Source: Candidatus Doudnabacteria bacterium
Lineage (GTDB): Bacteria > Patescibacteriota > Doudnabacteria > UBA920
DNA length: 64,000 nucleotides
Assembly (NCBI GenBank): GCA_963837465.1
Contig: CAWINB010000001.1
Span: forward strand, 437,646 to 501,645
Direction of reading: 5' to 3'
In this document: positions 28,580-38,628 of the stretch, one piece after another
How positions within the stretch are numbered: the stretch's first letter is position 1
Layout: each line of letters starts with the position of its first letter
Translations under genes and position numbers: made by a program
Notes under the pieces: generated by a model
Database searches by the model: none
What the model saw: only the letters and a program-made list of their open reading frames with translations
Told to the model about the DNA's origin: nothing

Positions 28580-29677
28580 CTATTTATCTTTTCTAATCCT
28601 CATCCGTACACGATTCCACCACATAATAACTTTTTGGAAATAAATATGGGACCCGGGAACGTAGCGCCAAAGAGCCCAACCTAAAATTACCAGGAAGGCC
28701 GTCCAGGCAATACCTTCCAAAAAACCATCTTCATGGTGATGGTAGCGGCTATTACCGTCATAGCGATAAGCAAAGCGCGTGGCTTTTAGCGGTGACATAA
28801 CAAGAGCATAAACACAAAGCCAGCCTAAAATGGCTATCCAAAGCGGGATGGCCGCGGGAATTACCAGAGTGTAAATTACTCCTTTGCTGACTAAAGTCAC
28901 AAGACCAATAACCCAAAATACCGAGACAAGGCCGATAAGCAAAGCCAAAAATGGGGAGAGTGTCAAGGGTGACCCTTGACACTGGGACCTGGTTTGCGCA
29001 CGGTATTCCTGTTTCATTTCGCGTTTTTCTTCCCGCGTGTGTTGTTTCCACTGTTGTTTCCATTGTTTTACCTGGCCGCTGCCTTTGAATTTTTGGTATT
29101 CGCTTCGGGCGCGGTTAATAAATTCCTGGGCCGTAAAAGGAGCGCCGAAGGCCGCGGCTTTTTCAGCCGAAGTGTTGGCGTGAGGAATAACCAGAAGCAT
29201 AATAAAATAAATCAACGCCCCGAAGCCGTGAGTCAACACCGTGAGCGCCACAAAAATTATTCTGACTAAAGTAACGTCCGCGTCAAAATAAGCGGCCAGT
29301 CCGGTACAAACGCCAAACAGCATAGCGCCTTCACGGACCCGGTAAAGTCGTTTTGCGCCCGAATCCTGCGGGCGTTGGCCGGCGGAAGCATTTTCATCAC
29401 CAGCAGTCCCCTCTTGTTTTTCGTCAGCCTGCACGGGACCCATTTCCTTGATAACCTCCTCGGCCCGCGCCTGGCTGACTACCGTTTTGCGCGGTCCCAC
29501 AAACCTGTCCAACTTTTCCCCCAAAGCTTGCTCCAAATCTGCCATAACCTCGGACTTGTCCGGATCATTTTGTAATTTTTTTTCGGCCGAACTTAAATAA
29601 TCCCGCAACGCGTTAAAGCCCCCTTCTTCCACCTGGAAAGCACGACCGTTTAAATTTACTGTTATAACTTTGTTCAT
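28580..29677 (-). CDS. PspC-domain membrane protein
   Basis: KRLYR...GVCTGLAAYF..D..LVRI. Confidence 0.88.
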   Translation of the reverse strand: MNKVITVNLNGRAFQVEEGGFNALRDYLSSAEKKLQNDPDKSEVMADLEQALGEKLDRFVGPRKTVVSQARAEEVIKEMGPVQADEKQEGTAGDENASAGQRPQDSGAKRLYRVREGAMLFGVCTGLAAYFDADVTLVRIIFVALTVLTHGFGALIYFIMLLVIPHANTSAEKAAAFGAPFTAQEFINRARSEYQKFKGSGQVKQWKQQWKQHTREEKREMKQEYRAQTRSQCQGSPLTLSPFLALLIGLVSVFWVIGLVTLVSKGVIYTLVIPAAIPLWIAILGWLCVYALVMSPLKATRFAYRYDGNSRYHHHEDGFLEGIAWTAFLVILGWALWRYVPGSHIYFQKVIMWWNRVRMRIRKDK

Positions 29678-29746
29678 AGTGGTTGGCGTAAATTAGCGGT
29701 TGGCGTTTGGTGAGTAGCGTTTAGCCGGACACTTAACGACTAAATA

Positions 29747-30094
29747 CTATACGCCATTCCCCAATTCTTTAATTGTCTGATTAATTTTTTCCCAATAATC
29801 CTGCAGAATTTTAAGCTGCAGCCGCCCCTTATCCGTCAGCCGATAATATTTCCGCGGCGGCCCGGCTTCGCTTTCCACCCATTCATAGTCCACCAAACCT
29901 TTACGTCGCATCCTGCTAAGCAACGGATAAAGCGTGCCCTCCTGGGTCGCGAATTCGGTTTGCGAAAGTTTGCCCAAAATATCCGCGGCATAAACTTTCT
30001 TTACGGAAATAATCTTAAGCACCGTTAACTCAAGCAGGCCCTTGCGGATAGGGCTAAACTTGTCGTTTATATCCGGATTACTGACATTTGCCAT
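29747..30094 (-). CDS. PadR-family transcriptional regulator
   Basis: EGTLYPLLSR, GPPRKYY.LT.KG. Confidence 0.92.
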   Translation of the reverse strand: MANVSNPDINDKFSPIRKGLLELTVLKIISVKKVYAADILGKLSQTEFATQEGTLYPLLSRMRRKGLVDYEWVESEAGPPRKYYRLTDKGRLQLKILQDYWEKINQTIKELGNGV

Positions 30095-30202
30095 AAGATA
30101 TAAAAAGAATTATTTTAAAAGCTACCTTTTTATACAAAGGTAGCATATAATAACAATAACGTCAACTCAATTTAAATAGTCGCTAATTTGAGGCTTTTTT
30201 TA

Positions 30203-30252
30203 TGGATAAAAAGGCGCCCTTCCCTTTTTAGAGGAGGGCACCTTTTTATCCA
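30203..30252. terminator. Long hairpin, probable terminator
   Basis: TGGATAAAAAGGCGCCCT...AGGGCACCTTTTTATCCA. Confidence 0.7.
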
Positions 30253-30484
30253 ATGGTTGGCTTATGGTTGGCTTAGCTCAACTTTATTAATTAATTGGTT
30301 GGTTAACGGTTGGTGAGTTAAAAAATAAACTCATCAAATCATCAAAATAACTCATCTCATCTCACATCTCAATTCAATCAAATAAACTTCAGATCAAAGA
30401 TCAAATCAAAATAAAAATTAATTTCAAATCTACTCTAGTCTAGCAAATAAACCTGAAAAAATTATTAAAAAATATAACTTTATC

Positions 30485-30772
30485 TCAGGGCCGGGAATCC
30501 AAACGGTTCAGCATCCCGGACATTACTTTTATTTCACGGTTGATGTTATTAATGGCTTTCAATACAGCCGGACTTATGGTTTTACTACCAATCCCAAAAT
30601 ACATCAAATCCAAATTACCTTTAATTACAGTTAAAGGTGTTCTCAATTTGTGCGCCAAATCATCCAAATCAGCCGGCCGTGGACTTGGGCTTAACGGACT
30701 TTTAATCCGGCCAAAGCTCTTTACTTTATTTTTGACGCTCCCGGAACGTTTTTTAATGCTTGAAGAATACAT
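30485..30772 (-). CDS. Stand-alone HisKA (DHp)-only protein
   Basis: DLAHKLRTPLTVIKGNLDL; no ATPase domain. Confidence 0.65.
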   Translation of the reverse strand: MYSSSIKKRSGSVKNKVKSFGRIKSPLSPSPRPADLDDLAHKLRTPLTVIKGNLDLMYFGIGSKTISPAVLKAINNINREIKVMSGMLNRLDSRP

Positions 30773-30799
30773 AAATTTTAAGCCGCGGCAAAATTACTT

Positions 30800-31501
30800 T
30801 TAAGGCAGGCTCTGAACCTTTTGCGGCACAGGTTCAATTTTTCTTATTTTGTAACCGGTGCCGTGCACGGTAACTATCAGCGGATCCGGCGAACTGCCGT
30901 CTATTTTGGAGCGCAGGCGGCTTAAATAAACATCTATAATATTGCTTTTAACGTAATTAAAACCCCAAACGTGCTCGTTAATCATGGTGCGGCTGCAGAC
31001 CAAACCGGGATTGCGCAACAAGTATTCCAAAATCCGGTACTCCTTGCTGGTTAATGCTATGGCAGCCCCGTTGCGAGTAACTTCGTGGCTGCCGGGATCC
31101 AAAACCAAATCACCGGTGGTGAGCAGGGTGGGGGTTAATTGATTGGTGCGGCGGGTTAAAGCGCGGATGCGCGCGACCAGCTCATTTAATTCAAAGGGCT
31201 TAATCATATAGTCGTCCGCGCCCAGGTTCAGCCCCGAAACTTTATCCTGGGACATATCCCTGGCTGTTAACATCAGCACGGGAACTTTCAAGCCCAGTTT
31301 GCGGATTTGCCGGCAAACCTCAAACCCGTCTTTGCCCGGCAACATAACATCCAAAATAATTAAGTCGTAATCGTAAATCTCGGCGCGCTTAATCCCCTCC
31401 TCGCCGCTGCCCGCAACCTCCACCGTAAACTGCTCATGTTCCAGGGCTTTTTTTATAAAAGTCGCGATTTTTGGCTCATCTTCCACCAATAAAATAACCA
31501 T
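30800..31501 (-). CDS. OmpR/PhoB-family response regulator
   Basis: VEDE, LDVMLP, GADDY..KPF, winged-helix TVHGTGY. Confidence 0.95.
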   Translation of the reverse strand: MVILLVEDEPKIATFIKKALEHEQFTVEVAGSGEEGIKRAEIYDYDLIILDVMLPGKDGFEVCRQIRKLGLKVPVLMLTARDMSQDKVSGLNLGADDYMIKPFELNELVARIRALTRRTNQLTPTLLTTGDLVLDPGSHEVTRNGAAIALTSKEYRILEYLLRNPGLVCSRTMINEHVWGFNYVKSNIIDVYLSRLRSKIDGSSPDPLIVTVHGTGYKIRKIEPVPQKVQSLP

Positions 31502-31685
31502 AATTTTGATTTTAATGATAAAAATGATATCAGGCTATTTTTCACCCTTAATTATATTATATATTAAAAAACATTAAAAATTCATTAAATTTTATCCGTA
31601 AAAATCCATAAAAAAGCTGACAAAATAAAAAGATTTAATTATAATTTATGTACGCCAGTTAGACAAATCCAATCGGGAGTCAAAA

Positions 31686-32513
31686 ATGATTTTCGGAGGA
31701 ACGAAGATACGTTTAGAGGCGACCCCTTCAACTCAATTACGGAGAGATCCGCAAGGGTGGAACCGAAGGCTAAGTCGAAAATTTGCTTTGGCACCAACTG
31801 ATCTCGTAAAACGAGGCAAAGTAAACGAAAAAAATTACGAGACGGAGTGTCGACGCGTCGGCGAGCTTGGAAGCAGAGCCATTATCAATCAGCTTGGCGG
31901 CCGACTGGTAATGGTCTTAGGGATAGGATTATGCCGCGACTGGGGCTTCGTCGAGGAGGCCAACAGACAAGAAGTCAGCGTAGCGGCATGCGACTGGAGC
32001 AAAGTCGCGCAAAAAAATGGAGAAGAATTTTTTGAAAAGCTTCCAAGGGGTTCAAGGGTTTGGAACCGGGTGCGCAGGGTAGATGTGGAAGTATTGCTTG
32101 AAAACCTGTTTACGCCGGTGCCGCATAAAAAGAAGACCTATGCCCAAAGGGACTTGGAAGAAGCCGACTTAGTATACGGCGGTCAGTTCATCCAAGTTCT
32201 TGACAATGTCGGCAAAGGCATCGTCATGAGAGGGCTAGGAAAATGGCTCGTTTCCCGGCCCGGCCGGAAGGTGGTCTTAGTTCACCCTTTCCCGGAAGAC
32301 AATAAAGATAGGGAGTGGGGATATACGACCCCCTATTCCCTGGAGGAATTGATAAGGCCCGCAAACGCGGGCGCAGGTAGGGAACTTAACATTCTCAACC
32401 TGGACAACAAAGGGGGGTTTCTATCATCACGTTTATACCGGTCTCACTATGGCGTGATGTGGCCAAGTAACCAAAGGGGACCCTCCTCCCCTATTTTTCT
32501 TAAGATTATATAA
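31686..32513 (+). CDS. Hypothetical protein, possible SAM-methyltransferase-like fold
   Basis: VLGIGLCRD, ACDWS; C-terminus uncertain. Confidence 0.5.
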   Translation: MIFGGTKIRLEATPSTQLRRDPQGWNRRLSRKFALAPTDLVKRGKVNEKNYETECRRVGELGSRAIINQLGGRLVMVLGIGLCRDWGFVEEANRQEVSVAACDWSKVAQKNGEEFFEKLPRGSRVWNRVRRVDVEVLLENLFTPVPHKKKTYAQRDLEEADLVYGGQFIQVLDNVGKGIVMRGLGKWLVSRPGRKVVLVHPFPEDNKDREWGYTTPYSLEELIRPANAGAGRELNILNLDNKGGFLSSRLYRSHYGVMWPSNQRGPSSPIFLKII

Positions 32514-32544
32514 TATATTCCAAATCTCAAAGCTGCATCTATTT

Positions 32545-34116
32545 ATGATACACAAAAAAATAGCTTTACTTAACCAAACCACTTTGGAATCGCTGAAACT
32601 GAACGACAGGGATATTATTTTAAAAAAGTTTATGCAAACCGGCATAAAAATTTTAAGAGCCGATTTTGGCTGGGCGTGGTGGAAAATTGACAAAAAATAT
32701 TCATTGGCTTATAAAAGCTCAAAAACCCCTTACAATCCTAACTATCCGCGCAGGCGAGGGGGAAATTACGTGGCCCAAAAAACAAAAAAACCTCTTTTTG
32801 TCGGTGACGTTAATAAGAAACCTGTGGTAATAAAACACCAAGTAGGGCCTTACATGAAGGCTTACGTAATAATTCCGATTTTTTCAAAAAAAAATAGCTA
32901 TGGCAACATGGTTTTTTGCTTTAAAAAAGCACATTTGTTCTCTCCTGAGGAGCAAGCCTTGTGCGCCGCTTTAAGCAGTGCAGCCGCCCAGGCAATCACT
33001 ATTCACCGCCTAGTAACCAGCGAACGCAAAGCTCGTACAGAAGCCGAACAGCATTCCAGCAGATTCAGGGCGCTGATTGAGAACAGCCACGATACTATTA
33101 TTTTAATCAGCGGTAAAGGAAAAATTTTATATGTCAGCCCTTCGGTAAAAAGAAATTCCGGCTACGGGCCTGAAGAATTAGTCGGCCATGACCAGACTGA
33201 TTTTATTTATCCCGGTGATATTGCCAAGGTAGCAACGGAGATGGGCAAAATTTTACAAAACCCCCAGGCTACAACGACTATCGAGTTCCGCTACCGGCAT
33301 AAAAACGGCGCGTGGCGCTGGCTGGAATCCACGGCTATGAATATGCTCCACAACCAGCATGTACGCTGTATTGTCATAAACGCGCGCGATGTTACCGAGC
33401 GGCGGCGGCTGGACGAAGACGCAAAAAACCTGATGAAGCAGAAAGACGAATTTTTCAGCGTGGCCAGCCACGAACTTAAAACTCCGGTTACCACCATAAA
33501 AGGCTTTAGCCAGCTGCTGTCACAAAGACTGGAAAAAAAGGACAAAAAATCCAGGCAATTTTTAGCGACCATCAATTCGCACGCCGACAAGCTCAACCAT
33601 TTAATCAACGATTTCCTGGATGTTTCGCGTATCAGCACCGGAAAGCTAAAATTCCGCTACGGAACTTTTAACCTGACGGTTCTGGCCAAAAAAACAATCG
33701 CCGACCTGAAGGTTATAATTCATTCCCACAATATAACTTTTAAAAACAGCGAAGATTTTTGGATCGCGGGAGACCAGGAACGCGTCGGCGAGGTGATTAC
33801 CAACCTGCTTACCAACGCCGCCAAGTACTCCCCCGCCGGATCCAAAATTATTTTAAGCATCACCGGGGAAAAACAGCGGGTTAAAGTCTCGGTGGAAGAT
33901 TTCGGCATCGGCATTCCCAAAAAATTACGCCACAAAATTTTCACCCGTTTCTTCCAGGCTAAAACCCATTCCGCCCAGGCTTTTCCGGGGTTGGGCCTGG
34001 GTTTGTATATCTCTTCGGTTATAATTAAGGAACATAAAGGAAGTCTGGACTTCGTAAGTAAAAATAAGGGCAGCATTTTTTATTTTATCCTTCCTGTAAA
34101 AAATTCCCGTGAATAA
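32545..34116 (+). CDS. GAF-PAS sensor histidine kinase
   Basis: SHELKTP, NLLTNAAKYS, D.GIGI, GLGLGL; PAS with WRWLE. Confidence 0.92.
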   Translation: MIHKKIALLNQTTLESLKLNDRDIILKKFMQTGIKILRADFGWAWWKIDKKYSLAYKSSKTPYNPNYPRRRGGNYVAQKTKKPLFVGDVNKKPVVIKHQVGPYMKAYVIIPIFSKKNSYGNMVFCFKKAHLFSPEEQALCAALSSAAAQAITIHRLVTSERKARTEAEQHSSRFRALIENSHDTIILISGKGKILYVSPSVKRNSGYGPEELVGHDQTDFIYPGDIAKVATEMGKILQNPQATTTIEFRYRHKNGAWRWLESTAMNMLHNQHVRCIVINARDVTERRRLDEDAKNLMKQKDEFFSVASHELKTPVTTIKGFSQLLSQRLEKKDKKSRQFLATINSHADKLNHLINDFLDVSRISTGKLKFRYGTFNLTVLAKKTIADLKVIIHSHNITFKNSEDFWIAGDQERVGEVITNLLTNAAKYSPAGSKIILSITGEKQRVKVSVEDFGIGIPKKLRHKIFTRFFQAKTHSAQAFPGLGLGLYISSVIIKEHKGSLDFVSKNKGSIFYFILPVKNSRE

Positions 34117-34495
34117 GAACCCGGCTAAAAAAATCCTGGTGGCGGAGGACGACCCGGGCATAACCGAGCTTATGAAAATAGCCTTAACCGGCCGGGGCTA
34201 TAAAATTTTAACGTGCGCCGACGGCTACAGGGTTCCGGGCGCGGTGGCCAAATTCGGGCCCGACCTGATTATTATGGATTTATGGCTGCCCGGAATTGAC
34301 GGGCAAAAACTGACAAAAAGGCTGAAAACCCAACCCGAAACCAAGGACATACCGATTGTCATAGTTTCGGCGCAAAGAAGACTTTCGGAAGTTGTAAAAA
34401 AATTTAAAGCGGACGGACATGTTTCCAAACCTTTTGATGTTAATAACTTGCTGAATTACGTTGAAAAATTTCTTTACCCGGATAGACAATTTTAA
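34109..34495 (+). CDS. Single-domain response regulator (CheY-like)
   Basis: AEDD, MDLWLP, SA, KPF. Confidence 0.9.
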   Translation: MNKNPAKKILVAEDDPGITELMKIALTGRGYKILTCADGYRVPGAVAKFGPDLIIMDLWLPGIDGQKLTKRLKTQPETKDIPIVIVSAQRRLSEVVKKFKADGHVSKPFDVNNLLNYVEKFLYPDRQF

Positions 34496-34506
34496 ACAGG
34501 CTCTTA

Positions 34507-34667
34507 GAAGATGTTTAAAAAGTGCTTTGTAGGCGAAATTACAGAATTTTGCGCGGATTGACGGAAACAAATTTTGACGTTTAGCCTAAAGCTAAGCGGA
34601 TAAATTTTTTCCGGCAAGGCGCCAAACATTCTGGAATCGCGGCCCAAATGACTTTTTAAACAGCTTC
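34507..34667 (-). mobile_element. 161-bp MITE copy 3
   Basis: Same TIRs; TTA target duplication. Confidence 0.9.
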
Positions 34668-34670
34668 TTA

Positions 34671-34743
34671 GAGGCTGTCGGAAAGTGGCTTTCGCCGGAA
34701 AATTCTGAAATCGCGGCAGAAATGGATCTTTTCAGACAGCCTC
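34671..34743. mobile_element. 73-bp mini-MITE
   Basis: GAGGCTGTCGGAAAG...CTTTTCAGACAGCCTC flanked by TTA; homolog at 51078. Confidence 0.75.
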
Positions 34744-34751
34744 TTAACGCT

Positions 34752-35234
34752 CTATGGTTCCACGTTTAAGCTTACCCTGTTGGTACCGTCGCAATAAACA
34801 GGGCCCTGTCCCAATAAATCGGCTGTGACAATAGCGTAACCGTAACCGCCTATTGTAAGCGTTTGGTTCTCAAACTTAAAAGTATGCGGCGCCGGGTCGC
34901 GGTTATCCAGCATAAATTTGTCGCCTTTGCGTATGGCCAGACTGCCGATGGCGCCGGGGAAACTTACCGTAGCCTCGCACTGGTCAAATTGGATGCGGTA
35001 GGGATATTCAGCCAGAGCCTCGGTGTAAGCCGAGTTGCCGGATGCCGCGGCTGGCGGAACAGCAACCGCGGTGGAAGAAGCGGTGCTTGTGGCCGACGAC
35101 TGGCTTACCGAAGTTTGGACGGAGCCGGAATTTATGGCTACGGGAGCATTTTTGTCGCTTTCATGGTAAATTATCGCCCCCACTACGACTATAACCACGA
35201 TCGCGCCCGCAAGATAATAATAAGGCTTTTTCAT
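34752..35234 (-). CDS. Membrane-anchored exported protein, paralog of 37830-38291
   Basis: Shared QFDQC, MLDNRDP, GYGY, CDG..RV.LNVE. Confidence 0.75.
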   Translation of the reverse strand: MKKPYYYLAGAIVVIVVVGAIIYHESDKNAPVAINSGSVQTSVSQSSATSTASSTAVAVPPAAASGNSAYTEALAEYPYRIQFDQCEATVSFPGAIGSLAIRKGDKFMLDNRDPAPHTFKFENQTLTIGGYGYAIVTADLLGQGPVYCDGTNRVSLNVEP

Positions 35235-35299
35235 AAAGTTGTTTCCTTTCAGCAGAATTTTAACATACAAAAAATTAAAGAAACATTAACTTTATGGAT

Positions 35300-36850
35300 T
35301 TATTCTTGATTTGAAGCATAGGCATAGCCGGCTATTTCTTTGTCGCTTAAAATAATCAGCTTGTTTAAATTCAGTCCCAAACTATCAAGCACGCTTATGG
35401 ACGGAATGCCGCTTTTTTGGCCGCCTACTACCAGATAAACCGTAGGGTTATCCGGGGATTTAATCAGACTGCCATCGGGAACGGTAACCGGGTCAGGAGC
35501 CACGTCCCGCGAATTAAACAAGACAGAGGGAACGGTCTGGACCGAAACCCAATTGTAGCCGCGCGCCATAAAAACCTGGGCGCCGCTAAAAGGAACCAGC
35601 CAGCCGTTTTGAACCAGATAAACGGTGGGGTTGCCGCTGAACATCACCAGTTCGCCCTGGGAAAAATTGGGCAACGGAGCCGGAGGATTGGCGGCAGCGG
35701 TGCTTAAAGCTGGGGAAGTTGCTGTTAAATTAAAGGGCAAGGAATTACTGGTACCATTGCTGTTGATTACGGAAACGCCGTAGGCTCCGGGAGTAATTAA
35801 TGACGGGAATGAATTACAAGCGTTGCCGGCGGCGGGCGCGCAACCTTGGATTTGCCCGGGGACAGCGAATTGCAAAGTCATGCCATCGGGAGAGCTTAGG
35901 TTATTGATATAAGTATTCGGTCCGAACTGGACGGCATTACCGCTTTGCGTAAAACCCAAACCGCTTATAGTCAGCATCATGCCTATGAATCCGGAACTGG
36001 CGCTTAATTGGGTAATAACCGGCGTTGTGGCGGAAGCTACGGCTGAACCCGAAACAGGCAAGCTGGGCGAAGCCGTTAAATTAAACAGGCCAGCGCTGCT
36101 GCCTATCAGGCTGTTGCCATCCGGATTTACCACGCTGAGCAAATATTGCCCCGGCGGAATAATATTGCCCGCCGTGTCGGTATTAATATTCCAAGAGTAA
36201 GAGCCGGTATTGGGGATATTGGAGGCGATGGTATAAACGGTAGTTGTTGAAATACCGGAAGCAGAACAGGACGCGCTGTCGCAAGCCGGTACCAATAAAA
36301 GATTTACCGCGGGTGCCGCGGGCGCGGTGGATGAAGCCGTGGGCCAGCTTATGATTTTAGCGCTGCCTATGACCCAGGACTCTCCACCGTTAGGCGAAAT
36401 TATAGGCGAAGAACTCAGATAAGGGTTGGACGGAATAATATTAAATTGGCCGCTTGTGCCCTCGGCGCTGCTGTCGGCAAGGCCGACTTCCACGGTTACG
36501 GGGCCAGGATAAATTTCAGGCAAGGTAACCGGTACCGTCCACTCGTAACTGCCGGTGTTGGGAATGTTCTCGGCAATCACATAAGGCACCAAAGCGCCGG
36601 CGCCGCAACTGCTTGAACTGGCGCATGAGGAAACCGGGTTTAAAGTAATAAAAACTTTAGCCGGTTGCTGGTTTATGTAAACCGGAGAAGACAATGAACC
36701 GGAGGTCCAGGTAATATTTTGCGTACTGCCGGCTGTCCACAGCTGCCCCGAAGCAGGAGAATCCACCAGCAAGCTGGCTGCCTGGGCGCTGGAAGCAGCC
36801 CACAGGCTGCATCCGGAAAAAAGCAGGACGAGAAAAGTTTTGAGTTTCAT
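35300..36850 (-). CDS. Secreted Ser/Thr-rich surface protein with IPT/TIG-like domains
   Basis: Signal peptide, SPNGGE.W..G, TISG.GF, C-terminal PTVYLV repeats; paralog at 42344. Confidence 0.75.
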   Translation of the reverse strand: MKLKTFLVLLFSGCSLWAASSAQAASLLVDSPASGQLWTAGSTQNITWTSGSLSSPVYINQQPAKVFITLNPVSSCASSSSCGAGALVPYVIAENIPNTGSYEWTVPVTLPEIYPGPVTVEVGLADSSAEGTSGQFNIIPSNPYLSSSPIISPNGGESWVIGSAKIISWPTASSTAPAAPAVNLLLVPACDSASCSASGISTTTVYTIASNIPNTGSYSWNINTDTAGNIIPPGQYLLSVVNPDGNSLIGSSAGLFNLTASPSLPVSGSAVASATTPVITQLSASSGFIGMMLTISGLGFTQSGNAVQFGPNTYINNLSSPDGMTLQFAVPGQIQGCAPAAGNACNSFPSLITPGAYGVSVINSNGTSNSLPFNLTATSPALSTAAANPPAPLPNFSQGELVMFSGNPTVYLVQNGWLVPFSGAQVFMARGYNWVSVQTVPSVLFNSRDVAPDPVTVPDGSLIKSPDNPTVYLVVGGQKSGIPSISVLDSLGLNLNKLIILSDKEIAGYAYASNQE

Positions 36851-37070
36851 AAAATCAAATTTCCATCAGAACCTGTTTGAAAAATAATTTTTAAAACAGG
36901 TTTTAAGTTATTAAAGTTGTCTGTTATTATACGGGTATTTTCAATAAATGCGTTGCTCCTATTTATTATACGTACCTAAGACCATTTTACGTGCCTGGAA
37001 TTAATAACTCATTAAAATATTTTCATAAAATCGCAAGGTTTTAAAACTAGTGTTTGTTCACACGACAGCT

Positions 37071-37101
37071 AAAAAGACGCCTTCGCAGTGGCGTCTTTTT
37101 T
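37071..37101. terminator. Intrinsic terminator
   Basis: AAAAAGACGCC...GGCGTCTTTTT. Confidence 0.7.
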
Positions 37102-37123
37102 ACCGGAACCTATTTACTTGAAC

Positions 37124-37681
37124 CTACTTTACCGTTTCATAATAAAGCAAAACATTGCCGCTTTTAAACTGCTTTGAGTTTGACAGTTTCAGCTTTTGCC
37201 GCTGCCGCCAATCTTTAAACATCGGCTTGCCTTGGCCCAGGATAACAGGATTGACCATTAGCCGATATTCATCTATCAATCGCAGACCGGATAATTCGCC
37301 CACAATATTGCCGCTGCCGAATATAAACAAATCCTTACCGGGCTCCTGTTTCAATTTCTCAATATCCAATTTCCCAATACCTTGTGTTATTTTTGTGTTA
37401 TTCCATTCGGCTTTTCGCAGTGTTTTTGAAAAAACAATTTTGGGCGTATTGTTCATAAGTCCCGCCACAATCGGGTCGTTCTTAACAGCCCGCGCGCCCG
37501 ACCAATAACTTGCCATCAATTCATAAGTTACGCGGCCAAACATTAACGCGCCCACCTCTCCCAACTGCGCTATGGCGAAATCATTAAACTCCCCGTCCAC
37601 ATTATGCCAGCTTATGTCTCCATCCGCTCCGGCAAAAAATCCATCCACACTTATCATATTAAAGACAATTATTTTTCTCAT
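37124..37681 (-). CDS. Dihydrofolate reductase-like (RibD C-terminal) protein
   Basis: SVDGF, GRVTYE, FGSG, IDEY.L.V.PVILG.GKP. Confidence 0.88.
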   Translation of the reverse strand: MRKIIVFNMISVDGFFAGADGDISWHNVDGEFNDFAIAQLGEVGALMFGRVTYELMASYWSGARAVKNDPIVAGLMNNTPKIVFSKTLRKAEWNNTKITQGIGKLDIEKLKQEPGKDLFIFGSGNIVGELSGLRLIDEYRLMVNPVILGQGKPMFKDWRQRQKLKLSNSKQFKSGNVLLYYETVK

Positions 37682-37829
37682 ATACGTTATCCCTAAAGCG
37701 TCATTTTTAAGATAGATTCTCTGACAAGTTATAATATAACACTGATCAACAGGGATTTCAAACAAAACAAAAACCATCCAGGGGTTTATCCACAGGATGG
37801 CTTTGTTTTTGTCATTTTGACAGAACCTG

Positions 37830-38291
37830 CTATTTTTCCACGTTCAGCGTCACCCGGGGCTTGCCGTCACAGCTGACAGTCAAGTTGCCCAGGACTTCTG
37901 GATAAAACACATCGTAGCCATAACCGGCTATGTCATAAGTCCGGGTATCGGCTTTAAAAACATGAGCGGCAGGGTCGCGGTTATCCAGCATTACGGGCGT
38001 GCCTTTTCTTACAGCGATGGTGGCAGGAGTACCCTGGCACTGGTCAAACTGGAAACGTTCGGGATAGGCTTTTAGGGCCGCTTCATAGGAAAGTTTTTGC
38101 GCGGGAACCGCGGCGCTGGCTGGAGTGGAAGTTGGGGTTGTTGTGGCGACAGCGGCGCCACCGGAGCTGCCCGATTGCGCAGCTTGCTGGGCGTTATTCT
38201 GGCTGTTTTTATCGCTCAGAGCATAAATACCCCAAATGATAAGGGCCAGCGCTGCTACGCCAACGGCGGCGTAAGTGTATTTTTTATTCAT
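37830..38291 (-). CDS. Membrane-anchored exported protein, paralog of 34752-35234
   Basis: Shared motifs with the paralog. Confidence 0.75.
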   Translation of the reverse strand: MNKKYTYAAVGVAALALIIWGIYALSDKNSQNNAQQAAQSGSSGGAAVATTTPTSTPASAAVPAQKLSYEAALKAYPERFQFDQCQGTPATIAVRKGTPVMLDNRDPAAHVFKADTRTYDIAGYGYDVFYPEVLGNLTVSCDGKPRVTLNVEK

Positions 38292-38309
38292 AAAATCAAA
38301 ATTAGTTTA

Positions 38310-38473
38310 GAAGCTGTTTAATTAAGTCTTTCTTTCTCAAAATATCTGACCCGGCAAAAAAACCGCTATTCGGCATTTTTGCGATTCTTTCCCTGTCGTA
38401 CCATCGATAAACCTCCCCGAAGAAAAGTAATACCTATACCCGCGGCACGCAGCATTAACTTATTAATGGCTTC
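38310..38473. mobile_element. Possible old, degenerate MITE copy
   Basis: Ends GAAGCTGTTTAATTAAG / CTTATTAATGGCTTC, 164 bp. Confidence 0.4.
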
Positions 38474-38628
38474 TACTGGATAAGAAAGCCAATATTTTAA
38501 GTCTACAGCAGTTGGCGACTAAAGACCAGCGCGGATCCATATTAATTAAGCCACCCATATAAATGGGTGGCTTAATTGGCTTTGATTTTAAATAAGGCCT
38601 GCTTCTGAATTTTTTTTAGTATCATGCT

